Source: a bacterium
Lineage (GTDB): Bacteria; Bacteroidota; Ignavibacteria; Tepidaquicellales; Tepidaquicellaceae
Assembly (NCBI GenBank): GCA_034439935.1
Contig: JAWXBH010000106.1
Coordinates: 892-64,891 of the forward strand
Direction: 5' to 3'
Length of the DNA stretch: 64,000 nt
Below are positions 1-10,653 of this stretch, one piece after another (positions within the stretch are counted from its first letter, which is position 1; every line of letters begins with the position of its first letter). The position numbers and the translations under genes were made by a program. The notes beneath the pieces were generated by a model. That model ran no database searches. It saw nothing but the letters and a program-made list of their open reading frames with translations, and had not been told where the DNA came from.

Positions 1-558
1 GATAAAAACATTCTAAAAAAAAGTTTTTTAAAAAACCAGATACTGTTCCTTTCACAGCCGTTGAAAATTATTGGGATCAATGATTACAAAGTTCATCCTT
101 TCGAAGTACTTATGAATGCAATAAGACAGTTGGCAGATATTAAAGAAGAAAAATTCAAATTAACGATTAAACTTCACCCATCAGAAAATTTATCTGATGA
201 GCTCAGAGAGATCGTTAGAAAGAATAATTCAGATAAAGTCGAAGTTAAATTTGCCGGCAAAGGAATAACATTAAAGGAATTAATAAAAGACTCTGAAACG
301 GTCATCGGATATAACACAATTGCGCTGTTTGAAGCAAAGGCAATGAACCGCAGAACTATAAGCCTTAATGTTGTGCCCGTGAACAAATCATTAACAGCAA
401 GTATGGAGAAAGCAGGTATTGAAATAGTAAAGTCGGGTGAAAAAATTATTCTCAATTCACTTTTGAAAGAGAAGCAGAGTGTGAAAAAAGCCAATCTGTT
501 CAAGGGCGGTATTGCAAATTGTGTCAGTCTCATTCTTAAAGAATTAAGTTTAAATTAA
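1..558 (+). CDS. C-terminal fragment of a GT-B-like surface-polysaccharide biosynthesis protein (Capsule_synth/TagF-like), truncated by window edge
   Basis: Frame 1 is open from nt 1 (DKNILKKSFLKNQILFLSQP...), so the TTG at 61 is internal. LFLSQP and KLHPSE segments resemble HP-motif GT-B capsule/teichoic-type enzymes and the paralog at 3715-5379 (KIHPSE). Confidence 0.35.
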   Translation, partial: DKNILKKSFLKNQILFLSQPLKIIGINDYKVHPFEVLMNAIRQLADIKEEKFKLTIKLHPSENLSDELREIVRKNNSDKVEVKFAGKGITLKELIKDSETVIGYNTIALFEAKAMNRRTISLNVVPVNKSLTASMEKAGIEIVKSGEKIILNSLLKEKQSVKKANLFKGGIANCVSLILKELSLN

Positions 559-568
559 CTAACGTCAA

Positions 569-1123
569 ATGAAGAATCCTTTTCTAACAGGAAAAAATAT
601 TTATTTATCTCCATTAGTCAGAGAAGATATTACCGATGAATATATTAACTGGCTCAATGATCCTGAGATATGCCATGGAAATTCGCATGCAACATTCCCG
701 AACAATTATGTGAAAACACTTTCCTATGTAGAGTCAGTACAAAACAGTAAAACAGAGATCGTCCTTTCAATTAAGAATAAAAAGAATGATGAAGCGATAG
801 GAAATGCATCATTGCAAAATATAAACTGGGTAAACAGGTCCAGTGAGATAGCGTTGATAATAGGAAATAAGAAATTCTGGAATAAGGGCATAGGCACGGA
901 AGTCATTGCGTTATTAATTGATTACGCATTCAATGTTCTGAATCTCAACAGAATATCCTGCGGGACGCCGGTCAGCAACAAAGGAGGACTTTCCATCTGT
1001 GAAAAGAACGGAATGAAAAAGGAAGGTCAGTTGAGGGAAGTAATGTTTAAGAATGGAGCACACGTTGATGTTGTGTTGTATTCAATTTTATTAAGTGAAT
1101 ATAAAAGGAATAAAAAAAAATAA
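569..1123 (+). CDS. GNAT N-acetyltransferase (RimL/RimJ-like)
   Basis: 184 aa. N-terminal region ...EYINWLNDPE... and an acetyl-CoA motif-A-like segment FWNKGIGTEV are typical of Acetyltransf_3-type GNATs. Confidence 0.7.
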   Translation: MKNPFLTGKNIYLSPLVREDITDEYINWLNDPEICHGNSHATFPNNYVKTLSYVESVQNSKTEIVLSIKNKKNDEAIGNASLQNINWVNRSSEIALIIGNKKFWNKGIGTEVIALLIDYAFNVLNLNRISCGTPVSNKGGLSICEKNGMKKEGQLREVMFKNGAHVDVVLYSILLSEYKRNKKK

Positions 1124-1126
1124 AGT

Positions 1127-2320
1127 ATGGAAAATTTAAATAAGCCACAAATGAAAGGAGTGCAGTACTGCATTAGATGCTGCATACCGGCGACGCAAGA
1201 AGGTGTGAAGTTTGACGAGCTTGGGATCTGTCAGGCTTGTCAGTCATCGGAACAGAAGATCCATATCAATTGGGTTGAGAAAGAAAAAGAGTTACGGAAA
1301 ATTTTTGATGAAGCGAAAGCCAATGCAGGCAGCAATTATGACTGCATAGTTGGTATCAGCGGCGGCAAGGACAGTACTTTTCAGCTTCACGTGCTGAAGA
1401 ATGTTTATGGAATGAAGCCGCTTGCAGTAACTCATAGCCACAACTGGTTCAGTGAAACGGGGTGGTATAATCTTATGAACTCGCTTGAGAAGTTTAATGT
1501 CGATCACATAATGTTCACCCCGAACAGGGAATTAATAAACCGAATTGCTAAAAAATCTCTTGAAGCCATTGGTGACACGTGCTGGCATTGTCATGCGGGT
1601 GGAAGCGCTTTCCCGGTGCAGGTCGCGGTAAAGTTTAACATACCACTTGTAGTTTACGGAGAGTCCGTTGCTGAAGCTTCCGGAAGGTCATCTTATAAGA
1701 ATCCGATGATGAAATTCACGCTTGATTATTTTGAGAAAGTTTCTATAAAGAGAAATCCTAAATCAATGATCTGTGACACGATCACTGAAAAGGATATGCA
1801 TCCGTTTAATTTGCCGACGCTCGAAGAGTTTCAAAAAGCGGGAATAAGACTGATGCATCTTGGTGATTATATTTTCTGGGATGATGAAAGGCAGATGGAA
1901 TTTATTCGTGACCATTATGCATGGAAGGAAACCGAAGTTGAGGGAACATACAAAGGATACAAGAGCGCTGAATGCATAATGCCAGGAATGCATGACTTTA
2001 CAAATTATCTGAAGAGAGGTTACGGAAGATCAACATATCAGGCAAGTGTCGATGTAAGGAACGGGCTGCTTTCACGAGAAGAAGGGTTTGAGCTGGCAAA
2101 TAAATTTGATATGGAAGTTCCTGAGTCGCTTGAATATTATCTTCAGATCACAGGAATGAGTAAGGAAGAATTTTATAAATTGATGCAGGAAAAAAGACTT
2201 GATGAAATTAAGAACATCGAGCTTCCTGTAATTCAGAAGACAAGAAAAAACAGAGAAAGAATCTTACCATACCCATTACAATTAATTGAAAAAGAAGAGA
2301 ACAGGAAAAAAGATGAGTGA
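1127..2320 (+). CDS. N-acetyl-sugar amidotransferase (WbpG/PseA/WbuX family, PP-loop ATP pyrophosphatase)
   Basis: N-terminal Cys cluster CIRCCIP...CQACQS is followed by the PP-loop GISGGKDS. Length (397 aa) and layout match the LPS acetamidino-forming amidotransferase family. Confidence 0.8.
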   Translation: MENLNKPQMKGVQYCIRCCIPATQEGVKFDELGICQACQSSEQKIHINWVEKEKELRKIFDEAKANAGSNYDCIVGISGGKDSTFQLHVLKNVYGMKPLAVTHSHNWFSETGWYNLMNSLEKFNVDHIMFTPNRELINRIAKKSLEAIGDTCWHCHAGGSAFPVQVAVKFNIPLVVYGESVAEASGRSSYKNPMMKFTLDYFEKVSIKRNPKSMICDTITEKDMHPFNLPTLEEFQKAGIRLMHLGDYIFWDDERQMEFIRDHYAWKETEVEGTYKGYKSAECIMPGMHDFTNYLKRGYGRSTYQASVDVRNGLLSREEGFELANKFDMEVPESLEYYLQITGMSKEEFYKLMQEKRLDEIKNIELPVIQKTRKNRERILPYPLQLIEKEENRKKDE

Positions 2321-3698
2321 GGATTTACAGAAAATCGAGAAGAATATTTTTTTAGAGCTGAGCATAAAAAATATTCTGCAAAGGATCTCAAAAAAAGAGA
2401 TCAGTCCTCTGGAAGTAGCAGAGCAATGCATTGAACGGATCGAAGAGTATAATGAAAAGTATAAAGTCTGGGTATGTTATGATAAAGATTTCTTATTTGA
2501 TCAGGCGAAGATAACTTCTGAGAGACTCATTGCCGGAGAAAAGTTAAGAAGGCTTGAAGGAATTCCGATTGGAATAAAAGATATTTTTAATACAAATGAT
2601 TTCCCGACACAGATGGGAAGTCCTTTGTGGAAAGACTTTACGCCGGGAAATGACGCGCGGGTAATTTATTATTTAAAGGAAGATGGTGCGGTAATACCCG
2701 GAAAAACCGATACTGCAGAGTTTGCAGTTCACGCTATCGGCAACTGTCTTAATCCGCATGATATTACCAGAACACCGGGAACATCATCAAGCGGGTCGGC
2801 AGTAGCAGTAGCATTGGGAATGGTACCTGCAGCGATCGGAACACAGACGGCAGGATCAATCGTAAGACCGGCGAGCTTCTGCGGTGTTTACGGATGCAAA
2901 CCATCATTCGGACTTATACCAAGAACAGGAATGCTCAAGACGACAGACAGTCTTGATACGATAGGATTTTTTACTTCGATGTATGAAGACCTTGAAACTA
3001 TTTTTGACATCATAAGAGTTCACGGATCGAATTATCCGATAAGCAACGATGCATTAACTGATGAAGTAAGACAGAATAAACAGGAAGGCAAACCATGGAG
3101 AGTGGCATTTGTAAAAACGCATACATGGGAGAATGCTTTTGATTATGCAAGAGAAGCTTTGCAGGATTTTGTAAAGAAGGTCTCAGCGGATGAAGACATA
3201 AATGTTGTTGAGATCGAGCTGCCAGAAGAATTAAATACAGCTCATGATGTTCATCAAAAAATTTATGATAAAACACTTTCGTATTATTTTCAGGAAGAAT
3301 TCAAAAAGCCTGAATTTGTATCACCGATAATGAATGAAATATTCGAGCGTGGAAATAAGATCTCCGTTGAAGAATATCACAACGCTTTAAATCAACAGGA
3401 AGTGCTGACAAAGTCCATAGATAAATTCTTTGCGGATTTTGATGTAATAATATCACTAAGCACAGCGGGTGAAGCGCCTCCGAGAGAAGAAACTGAAAGC
3501 CCTGATCCATCATTAATGTACACGCTGACACATTTACCTGTTATAAGCGCTCCTGTATTTACTTCTCCCGGCGGACTTCCGTTTGGAGTCCAGATCGCAG
3601 CCAGAAAATATAATGATCTTCTTTTGTTCAGATTTACCGACCATTTGAGAAATACAGGACTTATTCCTGAAGGTGTAAATCCCTTAACAACAGTTTAA
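2313..3698 (+). CDS. Amidase-signature family amidohydrolase (GatA-like fold)
   Basis: GIPIGIKDIF (catalytic Lys region), GTSSSGSAVAVA Gly/Ser-rich loop, GTQTAGSIVRPAS nucleophile-Ser region. The ATG at 2313 overlaps the upstream stop by 8 nt; the ORF-track TTG at 2286 is less likely. Confidence 0.8.
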   Translation: MSEDLQKIEKNIFLELSIKNILQRISKKEISPLEVAEQCIERIEEYNEKYKVWVCYDKDFLFDQAKITSERLIAGEKLRRLEGIPIGIKDIFNTNDFPTQMGSPLWKDFTPGNDARVIYYLKEDGAVIPGKTDTAEFAVHAIGNCLNPHDITRTPGTSSSGSAVAVALGMVPAAIGTQTAGSIVRPASFCGVYGCKPSFGLIPRTGMLKTTDSLDTIGFFTSMYEDLETIFDIIRVHGSNYPISNDALTDEVRQNKQEGKPWRVAFVKTHTWENAFDYAREALQDFVKKVSADEDINVVEIELPEELNTAHDVHQKIYDKTLSYYFQEEFKKPEFVSPIMNEIFERGNKISVEEYHNALNQQEVLTKSIDKFFADFDVIISLSTAGEAPPREETESPDPSLMYTLTHLPVISAPVFTSPGGLPFGVQIAARKYNDLLLFRFTDHLRNTGLIPEGVNPLTTV

Positions 3699-3714
3699 AA
3701 ATTTTATTCAGCAT

Positions 3715-5379
3715 TTGGAATTAGTAAGCAAAGTCAAGAACAAGCTTTTAAAGAATAGCTATGTAAACGAGCTCAACAAGAGGAATAAGCTCAGAAGATT
3801 TTACAGCCGTGGAATAAAGCCAAACGATAAAGCGGAAACAATTTTATTCTGGTCTACAGGCGGTATGGTAGTACAGAGCAATCTCGAAGGAGCCATAGCT
3901 ACTTCGTTGAAGTTACGCGGACATAATGTACGAATGATATTATGTGACGGGATATATAAAGCTTGCGCAAAGAGAGTTGACTTTCCGGATGTTCCAATAG
4001 AGGACTGGGGAAAATATTGCAGGAGCTGCATAAGTCAGAACTCGGGATTATTTAAAAAGCTCGGGCTTGAATATACGTTTATCAGTGATCTTGTTAGTGA
4101 AGAAAAACTGATGGAGCTGAAATCAGAAGCTGATAAAATTACATTTGAAAATTACAAAGACATATCATTAAACGGGCTCAGACTTGGCAGTCACCTTGAA
4201 GCTACGATGATGAGGCATACACGAGGGGCACTTTATACGGGGCTTGAGGAACATCTGAAGGAATATGCACTTACGGTTCTTGTTAATGCTGAAGCATCAG
4301 CCGAAGCTGTAAAAAAATTCAATCCGACAAGAATTTACATGTCGCACGGAATTTATGCTGACTGGGGACCCGCGCTTCATGTTGCAATTCAAAAGAACAT
4401 TCAGACGACATCTTATATTTGCTGTTACCTTACAGCACATTTCTTTTTTGGTTCGGTGAAAAATTTTGATGAAACATTTCTGACAGTAAATGAAAAATCC
4501 TGGAGTAAGTCAAAATCAATTGCTCAAACACCGGTGCAAAAAAAGCGGCTTGAGAATTTTCTTCAGAGGAGATACTTCTCCAATGAATCTCACGATCTGA
4601 AAGGATTGCTGAAAGAGTACAAAGGGGACAAGGGTATTAATTATGAAAAATACGGACTTGATCCTTCAAAACCTGTATGGGGAATAATGACTCACATAAA
4701 CTGGGATGCGACCTCCGATTACTTTCCGATGATACATAAATCATTTGATGAGTGGCTTTATGAAACTGTAAAAGAAATATATAACGTAAAAGATGTTCAG
4801 TGGCTGATAAAAATTCATCCTTCCGAAAAGAACGATAATCCGGAAACAGGCTGTCAGGAATTCATTGCGAAAAATTTTCCTGACCTTCCTTCTCATGTTA
4901 AAGTTGTTAAAATGGATGATGAAATAAGTTCACTTGATTTCTATGACCTGCTGGATGGAGCTGTCACAGTGATGGGAACAGGCGGACTTGAATTATCCAT
5001 GAAAGGAAAACCTGTCATACTGGCAGGTGAGGCGCACTATTCGAATAAAGGGTTTACTTTTGATGCAAAAGACAATGATGATTATAAAAGACTTTTGAGA
5101 GATACAAAAAATCTGCAAGGTCTGGATGAAGAAAAAAAATCTCTCGCCTGGAAGTACGGATACATTTATTTTATTCAAAAGCAGATCCCACTTACTCCGA
5201 CAATAATGGAAAACCTTTACATCGATTTTGATAAGATCGATCATCTGCTGCCGGGAAAGAACAAGTTCATGGATTTTCTCTGCGACAGGATAATTGACGG
5301 CGAAAACTTTATCCTTCCCGAAGAGCTGGTTTCACTGACACACATAACAGATCTGGATCAGATCAGAAATGATTCATAA
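3715..5379 (+). CDS. Capsule-synthesis-like (KpsS/KpsC-type) or related HP-motif GT-B protein
   Basis: 554 aa, TTG start. WLIKIHPSEKN and VMGTGGLE segments resemble Capsule_synth-type proteins. A conserved-looking N-terminal region (ILFWSTGG) precedes the first internal Met. The family call is tentative. Confidence 0.35.
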   Translation: MELVSKVKNKLLKNSYVNELNKRNKLRRFYSRGIKPNDKAETILFWSTGGMVVQSNLEGAIATSLKLRGHNVRMILCDGIYKACAKRVDFPDVPIEDWGKYCRSCISQNSGLFKKLGLEYTFISDLVSEEKLMELKSEADKITFENYKDISLNGLRLGSHLEATMMRHTRGALYTGLEEHLKEYALTVLVNAEASAEAVKKFNPTRIYMSHGIYADWGPALHVAIQKNIQTTSYICCYLTAHFFFGSVKNFDETFLTVNEKSWSKSKSIAQTPVQKKRLENFLQRRYFSNESHDLKGLLKEYKGDKGINYEKYGLDPSKPVWGIMTHINWDATSDYFPMIHKSFDEWLYETVKEIYNVKDVQWLIKIHPSEKNDNPETGCQEFIAKNFPDLPSHVKVVKMDDEISSLDFYDLLDGAVTVMGTGGLELSMKGKPVILAGEAHYSNKGFTFDAKDNDDYKRLLRDTKNLQGLDEEKKSLAWKYGYIYFIQKQIPLTPTIMENLYIDFDKIDHLLPGKNKFMDFLCDRIIDGENFILPEELVSLTHITDLDQIRNDS

Positions 5380-5394
5380 AATAAAAATACTTCA

Positions 5395-6078
5395 ATGATC
5401 TTAATTACCGGCGCGTCAAGAGGTATCGGCAAATATCTTTTTGATGAATTTACAAAAGAAGGAGAAGATGTTTATGGAACATACTATGCTGCGAATTCTG
5501 AATTTGAAGGGAATGAAAAATATTTGAAGCTTGATGTTACTGATTATAAGAGAGCCGAAGAGATAATTAACAGTCTTACTCCACGAATAAAGAATTTTGT
5601 TTTGATAAACTGTGCGGGAAATAATTACAATTCCTTTGCTCACAAGTCATCGCCTGAAGATTGGGCTAAAGTCATCAATACTAATCTGACAGGAACGTAC
5701 AATGTTATCAGAGCTTCTCTTCCTGTAATGCGGGAGCAGGGCTTTGGGAGGATAATTAATTTTGCGTCAGTTGTCGCCGAAACAGGTATTCCCGGAACAA
5801 GCGCTTATGCAGCGTCCAAGTCAGGCTTGTGGGGGATGACAAGAAGTATAGCTGTTGAAAATGCCGGCAAAGGAGTTACAATAAATAATCTCAATCTCGG
5901 ATACTTTGATATTGGAATGATCTCGGAGGTCAGTGAAGAATATCAAAAGATCGTAAGGCAAAAAATTCCTTCGGGAAAATTTGGTGATCCAAAGAATATT
6001 ATGAACGCAGTAAAATTCATAGTTAATTCGGACTATCTTACAGGAACATCACTCGATATAAACGGCGGAATTTTCTAA
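5395..6078 (+). CDS. Short-chain dehydrogenase/reductase (FabG-like)
   Basis: TGASRGIG cofactor motif, NCAG, catalytic Ser...YAASK. Confidence 0.8.
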   Translation: MILITGASRGIGKYLFDEFTKEGEDVYGTYYAANSEFEGNEKYLKLDVTDYKRAEEIINSLTPRIKNFVLINCAGNNYNSFAHKSSPEDWAKVINTNLTGTYNVIRASLPVMREQGFGRIINFASVVAETGIPGTSAYAASKSGLWGMTRSIAVENAGKGVTINNLNLGYFDIGMISEVSEEYQKIVRQKIPSGKFGDPKNIMNAVKFIVNSDYLTGTSLDINGGIF

Positions 6079-6098
6079 ACTTACTATAGTACCATTCA

Positions 6099-7091
6099 AT
6101 GAAAGCATCTGTAATTATAACGACATTCAACCGCGGAAAAATTATTCCGATGTGCATGGATTCGCTGATAAAGCAAAACTTTCCAAAGGAAGATTTTGAA
6201 ATCATAATTATAAACAATAATTCAACAGATAATACAGAAGAAGTAATTGAGAACTATATCAGTAATTATCCCGATGTTAACATTAAGTATTATTTTATTC
6301 CAAGACCGGGACAGGTATATGCGAGACAGATAGGGATACTCGCTGCGGAGAATGAGATATTGTGCTTTACTGATGATGATGCGATACTTTCCGCAGACTG
6401 GCTGAATGAAATAATAAAATTATTTAAGATGTCGGATGAAGTTGTTGGAGTTGCCGGCAAGATAAATATAAAGTGGGATGAAACTCCGCCGGAATGGATA
6501 CATGAATATGAAAATTATCTGGGGAAATTAAATTACGGTGACGAAATAAAATTCGAGGTCGGGATGTATATGAATGCCGGGAACCTCAGCATAAAAAAAG
6601 ATAAGCTTATTGATGTTGGCGGCTTCAATCCTGAAATGATAGGTGAATGGCTGGTTGGTGACGGTGAGACAGGGCTCTGGCTAAAGCTTAAAAAAAATAA
6701 TTGTCTGATCGGATGGACTCCTTTTGCTGTAATGGAACATTATCAGGTAGCGAAAAAAAATGCAACCAAAGATGACATTAAGAGAAGATTTATGAACAAT
6801 GGAATATGCATACCTTATAACATTTTCGCAGTTGACAAGAAGGGAAATAAAGCCCTATTGAGGAACATGCTTTATTCAGTCAAGCAGACAATGATATGGT
6901 CATATAAGAATTTTAAATTCAAGTTAAAGCGTGACAGAAAAAACGAATATTACTCTTCATTCAGAAGAGCTTTCTACAAAGCACAAATAAATTACACACT
7001 AAATATTTTTTTCGATAAAAAATTCCGGGAAGCAATAACAAAAGAAGACTGGCTAGTAAAGAAAAAAACCGAAAGGGCATTTGTAGTATGA
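6099..7091 (+). CDS. Family 2 glycosyltransferase
   Basis: GT-A signature SVIITTFNR...[12 protein letters not shown]...FTDDDA. Confidence 0.8.
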   Translation: MKASVIITTFNRGKIIPMCMDSLIKQNFPKEDFEIIIINNNSTDNTEEVIENYISNYPDVNIKYYFIPRPGQVYARQIGILAAENEILCFTDDDAILSADWLNEIIKLFKMSDEVVGVAGKINIKWDETPPEWIHEYENYLGKLNYGDEIKFEVGMYMNAGNLSIKKDKLIDVGGFNPEMIGEWLVGDGETGLWLKLKKNNCLIGWTPFAVMEHYQVAKKNATKDDIKRRFMNNGICIPYNIFAVDKKGNKALLRNMLYSVKQTMIWSYKNFKFKLKRDRKNEYYSSFRRAFYKAQINYTLNIFFDKKFREAITKEDWLVKKKTERAFVV

Positions 7092-8386
7092 AAAAAGTTT
7101 ATGTAGGTATGAGCGCTGATCTTATACATCCGGGACATTTGAATATCATTAACGAAGCGAAGAAGCTCGGACAGGTAACTGTTGGATTACTGACTGACGA
7201 AGCTATTGCCAGTTATAAGAGACTTCCGGCATTAGACTATGAGCAAAGAAAAATGATCATTGAAAGTATTAAGGGTGTAGAAGAAGTAGTAGCTCAGGAG
7301 ACTTTAGACTATGTTCCGAATTTGAAAAAATATAAGCCGGACTTTGTTGTTCACGGTGATGACTGGAAGACGGGAGTACAGAAGCAAACACGAGACAGAG
7401 TAATTGAGACGCTATCGGAGTGGAACGGAAAGCTTGTTGAAGTGGAATACACAAAGGGCATATCATCAACTCAACTGAATAAAACTTTAAAAGAGATCGG
7501 CACTACTCCGGACATAAGGATGAAAAAACTGAAAAGGTTGATCTCAGCCAAAAAAATTGTAAGACTGCTTGAAGCACACAACGGTCTTACGGGATTGATC
7601 GTTGAGAATTTGCAGACGACGAAAGATAATGGTCCGAGGGAATTTGACGGAATGTGGCTGAGCAGTCTGACGGATTCAACAGCAAAAGGTAAACCGGATA
7701 TTGAGGCTGTAGATGTCACTGCGCGGATGCAGACGCTCAATGATATAGTTGAAGTGACAACAAAACCGATCGTATATGACGGTGATACCGGAGGCAGAGT
7801 CGAGCATTTTGTTTTTACTGTGAAGACACTCGAGAGACTTGGTGTCTCCGCAGTAATAATTGAAGATAAGGTGGGATTGAAAAAAAATTCCTTATTCGGG
7901 ACAGATGTTGATCAGATGCAGGATACAATTGAAAACTTTTGTCATAAAATTTCAACAGGAAAGAAATCGCAGATCACTGATGACTTTATGATAGTTGCAA
8001 GAATTGAAAGTCTGATATTGGGGATTGGTGTTGAGGATGCGCTTAAGAGAGCAAAAGCATACATCGAAGCCGGTGCAGATGGAATTATGATACACAGTAA
8101 GGAGAAGAGCCCTGATGAGATACTGGAATTTTGCAGAGGTTATAAAATGTTTGAAAAGAAGGTTCCACTTGTTGCAGTACCTTCGACATACAATGTGATT
8201 TATGAGAAGGAGCTTGCAGATGCCGGAGTCAACATTGTAATCTATGCGAACCAGCTATTGCGGAGTGCATATCCTGCCATGATAGAAACGGCAACATCAA
8301 TATTACAGAATGAAAGATCATACGAAGCAGATAAGAACATGATGCAGATAAATGAAATCTTAACTTTAATTCCCGGTGGTAAGTAA
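7088..8386 (+). CDS. aepX: Fused cytidylyltransferase / phosphoenolpyruvate phosphomutase
   Basis: The N-terminal ~130 aa is a TagD-type cytidylyltransferase ([10 protein letters not shown] = HxGH; KGISSTQL = ISTT-like motif). The remainder belongs to the PEP mutase/isocitrate-lyase superfamily ([34 protein letters not shown]). 4-nt overlap with the upstream gene. Confidence 0.85.
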   Translation: MKKVYVGMSADLIHPGHLNIINEAKKLGQVTVGLLTDEAIASYKRLPALDYEQRKMIIESIKGVEEVVAQETLDYVPNLKKYKPDFVVHGDDWKTGVQKQTRDRVIETLSEWNGKLVEVEYTKGISSTQLNKTLKEIGTTPDIRMKKLKRLISAKKIVRLLEAHNGLTGLIVENLQTTKDNGPREFDGMWLSSLTDSTAKGKPDIEAVDVTARMQTLNDIVEVTTKPIVYDGDTGGRVEHFVFTVKTLERLGVSAVIIEDKVGLKKNSLFGTDVDQMQDTIENFCHKISTGKKSQITDDFMIVARIESLILGIGVEDALKRAKAYIEAGADGIMIHSKEKSPDEILEFCRGYKMFEKKVPLVAVPSTYNVIYEKELADAGVNIVIYANQLLRSAYPAMIETATSILQNERSYEADKNMMQINEILTLIPGGK

Positions 8387-9523
8387 TTGATAGATCCCAA
8401 ATACTTTTTTGAGCTTTTACTCAGCAATGGCATAAATTTTTTCACAGGTGTTCCGGATTCTTTGTTAAAAGAGTTTTGCGGATATGTGAGTGATAATGTT
8501 TCGAAGGAAGATCACATAATCAATTCAAGTGAAGGAGGAGCAATCGCTCTTGCAACGGGCTCTTATTTAACAACAGGCAAACCGGCTATGGTGTATATGC
8601 AAAATTCAGGACTTGGAAACGCTGTCAATCCGCTTCTGTCACTTGCTGATAAAGAAGTTTACAGCATACCCATTCTAATGATGATAGGATGGAGAGGTGA
8701 GCCCGGAAAAAAGGATGAACCGCAGCATATTAAACAGGGAAGAGTAATGCTGAAGATGCTCGAGGCAATGGAGATCCCTTATACATTGATCAATAAAGAT
8801 ACCGGTGATATTGAGACAATCATTAAAAATATTTGTGATGAACTGAAAGAAAAAAAATCCGCTCACGCATTGGTTATCTCAGAAGGAACATTTGAGAAGT
8901 ATACGCTTAAAAATGACACTACGTCAGCTTATGAGTTGATGAGGGAAGATGCAGTGAAACTGATCATCGATAATATTGAAAGTGATGCAGTGATAGTGTC
9001 GACAACAGGGAAAACATCAAGGGAAGTTTTTGAATACAGAAAGAGTAAGAAACAGGGACATGAAAAGGATTTTCTAACGGTCGGGTCCATGGGTCATTGC
9101 TCTGAGATCGCATTAGGAATTGCGCTCCATAATAAAAACAAAAAAGTTTACATACTTGACGGGGATGGAGCGGTGATCATGCATATGGGTTCAATGGCAA
9201 TTATCGGGTCCTCGGATTGTGAAAATATAAAACACATTATTATCAACAACGGTGCTCACGATTCGGTAGGCGGACAGCCGACTGTAGGATTTGGAATTGA
9301 GTTTACGGAAATTGCACGTGCATGCGGATACAAAAAAGTATTTAGCGCTGAAACAACCGTTGGGATCGTTGAGAAGCTGAGTGATATGAAGAATACTAAA
9401 GGACCGACACTGCTTGAGATCAGAGTCAATAAAGGTGCGAGAGAAGATCTTGGAAGACCAACGAGTTCGCCTGAAGAGAACAAATTAAGCTTTATGAACT
9501 ATCTTAATCAAGAGACACAGTGA
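8387..9523 (+). CDS. aepY: Phosphonopyruvate decarboxylase (TPP-dependent)
   Basis: N-terminus ...FFTGVPDSLL is typical of this family. Thiamine-PP motif GDGAVIMHMGS...NNGAHDSVGGQ. The TTG start sits directly after the aepX stop (TAATTG). Confidence 0.85.
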   Translation: MIDPKYFFELLLSNGINFFTGVPDSLLKEFCGYVSDNVSKEDHIINSSEGGAIALATGSYLTTGKPAMVYMQNSGLGNAVNPLLSLADKEVYSIPILMMIGWRGEPGKKDEPQHIKQGRVMLKMLEAMEIPYTLINKDTGDIETIIKNICDELKEKKSAHALVISEGTFEKYTLKNDTTSAYELMREDAVKLIIDNIESDAVIVSTTGKTSREVFEYRKSKKQGHEKDFLTVGSMGHCSEIALGIALHNKNKKVYILDGDGAVIMHMGSMAIIGSSDCENIKHIIINNGAHDSVGGQPTVGFGIEFTEIARACGYKKVFSAETTVGIVEKLSDMKNTKGPTLLEIRVNKGAREDLGRPTSSPEENKLSFMNYLNQETQ

Positions 9524-10653
9524 ATCAGCATGAATACTTCGGTGATGGATGCATAGCGAATTTAAGAGATGTTCTGAATGCAATGAATTCAGAAAGGATT
9601 TTTTTGGTAACGGGAAAAAAATCTTACGGATCATCGGGAGCTGAAAAAATAGTGAGTGAAATACTGAAAGACTCATCCGTTTTTCAATTCAGTGACTTCT
9701 CTGAAAATCCAAAGATTGAAGACATCAAAAAAGGTATAGATATTTTTAACAGCTCATCGTGCGATACGGTAATAACAGTTGGCGGAGGAAGTGTAATTGA
9801 TATGGCTAAGTCTGTAAATATACTTGCAAGTCAGCCATCCGGCATTGAATCCATTATTAAAGACAATAGTAAAATTATAAATAAAGGTAAGCGATTGATC
9901 GCGGTGCCATCTACTTCAGGTGCCGGCAGTGAAGCTACACATTTTGCGGTCGTTTATATTGGCAAAGAAAAACATTCTCTTGCTCATGATAAGATCCTCC
10001 CCGATGTTTCGATTATTGATCCGACATTAACATACAGGCTGCCTTCAAATGTTACGGCTACTTCGGGAATCGATGCGTTCAGCCAGGCAATTGAATCATA
10101 CTGGAACGTGAACGCAACCTCTGATTCCAAAAAATACGCATCCGAATCGATCAGACTTATACTAAATAATTTAACCGGTGCAGTAAATGATCCTGACGGT
10201 GCAAACAGATCCCGTATGTCAGAAGCCGCCCATCTGGCAGGTAAAGCAATTAACATTACAAAGACCACGGCACCGCATGCAATTTCTTACTCAATGACAT
10301 CATATTTTGGGATCCCGCACGGTCAGGCAGTTTGCATAACTTTAGCAGAATTTTTAGAGTACAATTTTAATGTAACCGAAAATGATGTGACGGGCGGTAG
10401 AAATCCGGATGATGTAAAAAGTACTTTTGATGAACTACTGCATCTTCTTGAATGCAAAAACATTGCTGATGGAAAGAGGAAGATAACAGAGCTTATAATT
10501 AGTATTAATCTGAAAACGCGTTTGTCTGAAATAGGCATTGCAGGTGAATCAGTAAATATAATAGCGGAAAATGTTAATACCGAAAGACTGAATAATAATC
10601 CGAGAATTGTCACACCGGCGAGTTTAAGACAAATTTTAAATAACATTTTATAG
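9520..10653 (+). CDS. Iron-containing alcohol dehydrogenase, probable phosphonoacetaldehyde reductase
   Basis: Fe-ADH motifs GGGSVIDMAKS, PSTSGAGSEAT and a His-rich metal site (APHAISY...PHG). GTGA overlap with the decarboxylase. Its position matches PhpC/FomC-type reductases in phosphonate clusters. Confidence 0.65.
   Translation: MNQHEYFGDGCIANLRDVLNAMNSERIFLVTGKKSYGSSGAEKIVSEILKDSSVFQFSDFSENPKIEDIKKGIDIFNSSSCDTVITVGGGSVIDMAKSVNILASQPSGIESIIKDNSKIINKGKRLIAVPSTSGAGSEATHFAVVYIGKEKHSLAHDKILPDVSIIDPTLTYRLPSNVTATSGIDAFSQAIESYWNVNATSDSKKYASESIRLILNNLTGAVNDPDGANRSRMSEAAHLAGKAINITKTTAPHAISYSMTSYFGIPHGQAVCITLAEFLEYNFNVTENDVTGGRNPDDVKSTFDELLHLLECKNIADGKRKITELIISINLKTRLSEIGIAGESVNIIAENVNTERLNNNPRIVTPASLRQILNNIL

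Noticed and set aside
2313-3698. Amidase as the GatA subunit of the Glu/Asp-tRNA amidotransferase
   Set aside because: No gatB or gatC genes are adjacent. The gene overlaps a sugar amidotransferase inside a polysaccharide locus. The Gly/Ser loop also deviates (GTSSSGSA) from the canonical GatA GGSSGGSA.
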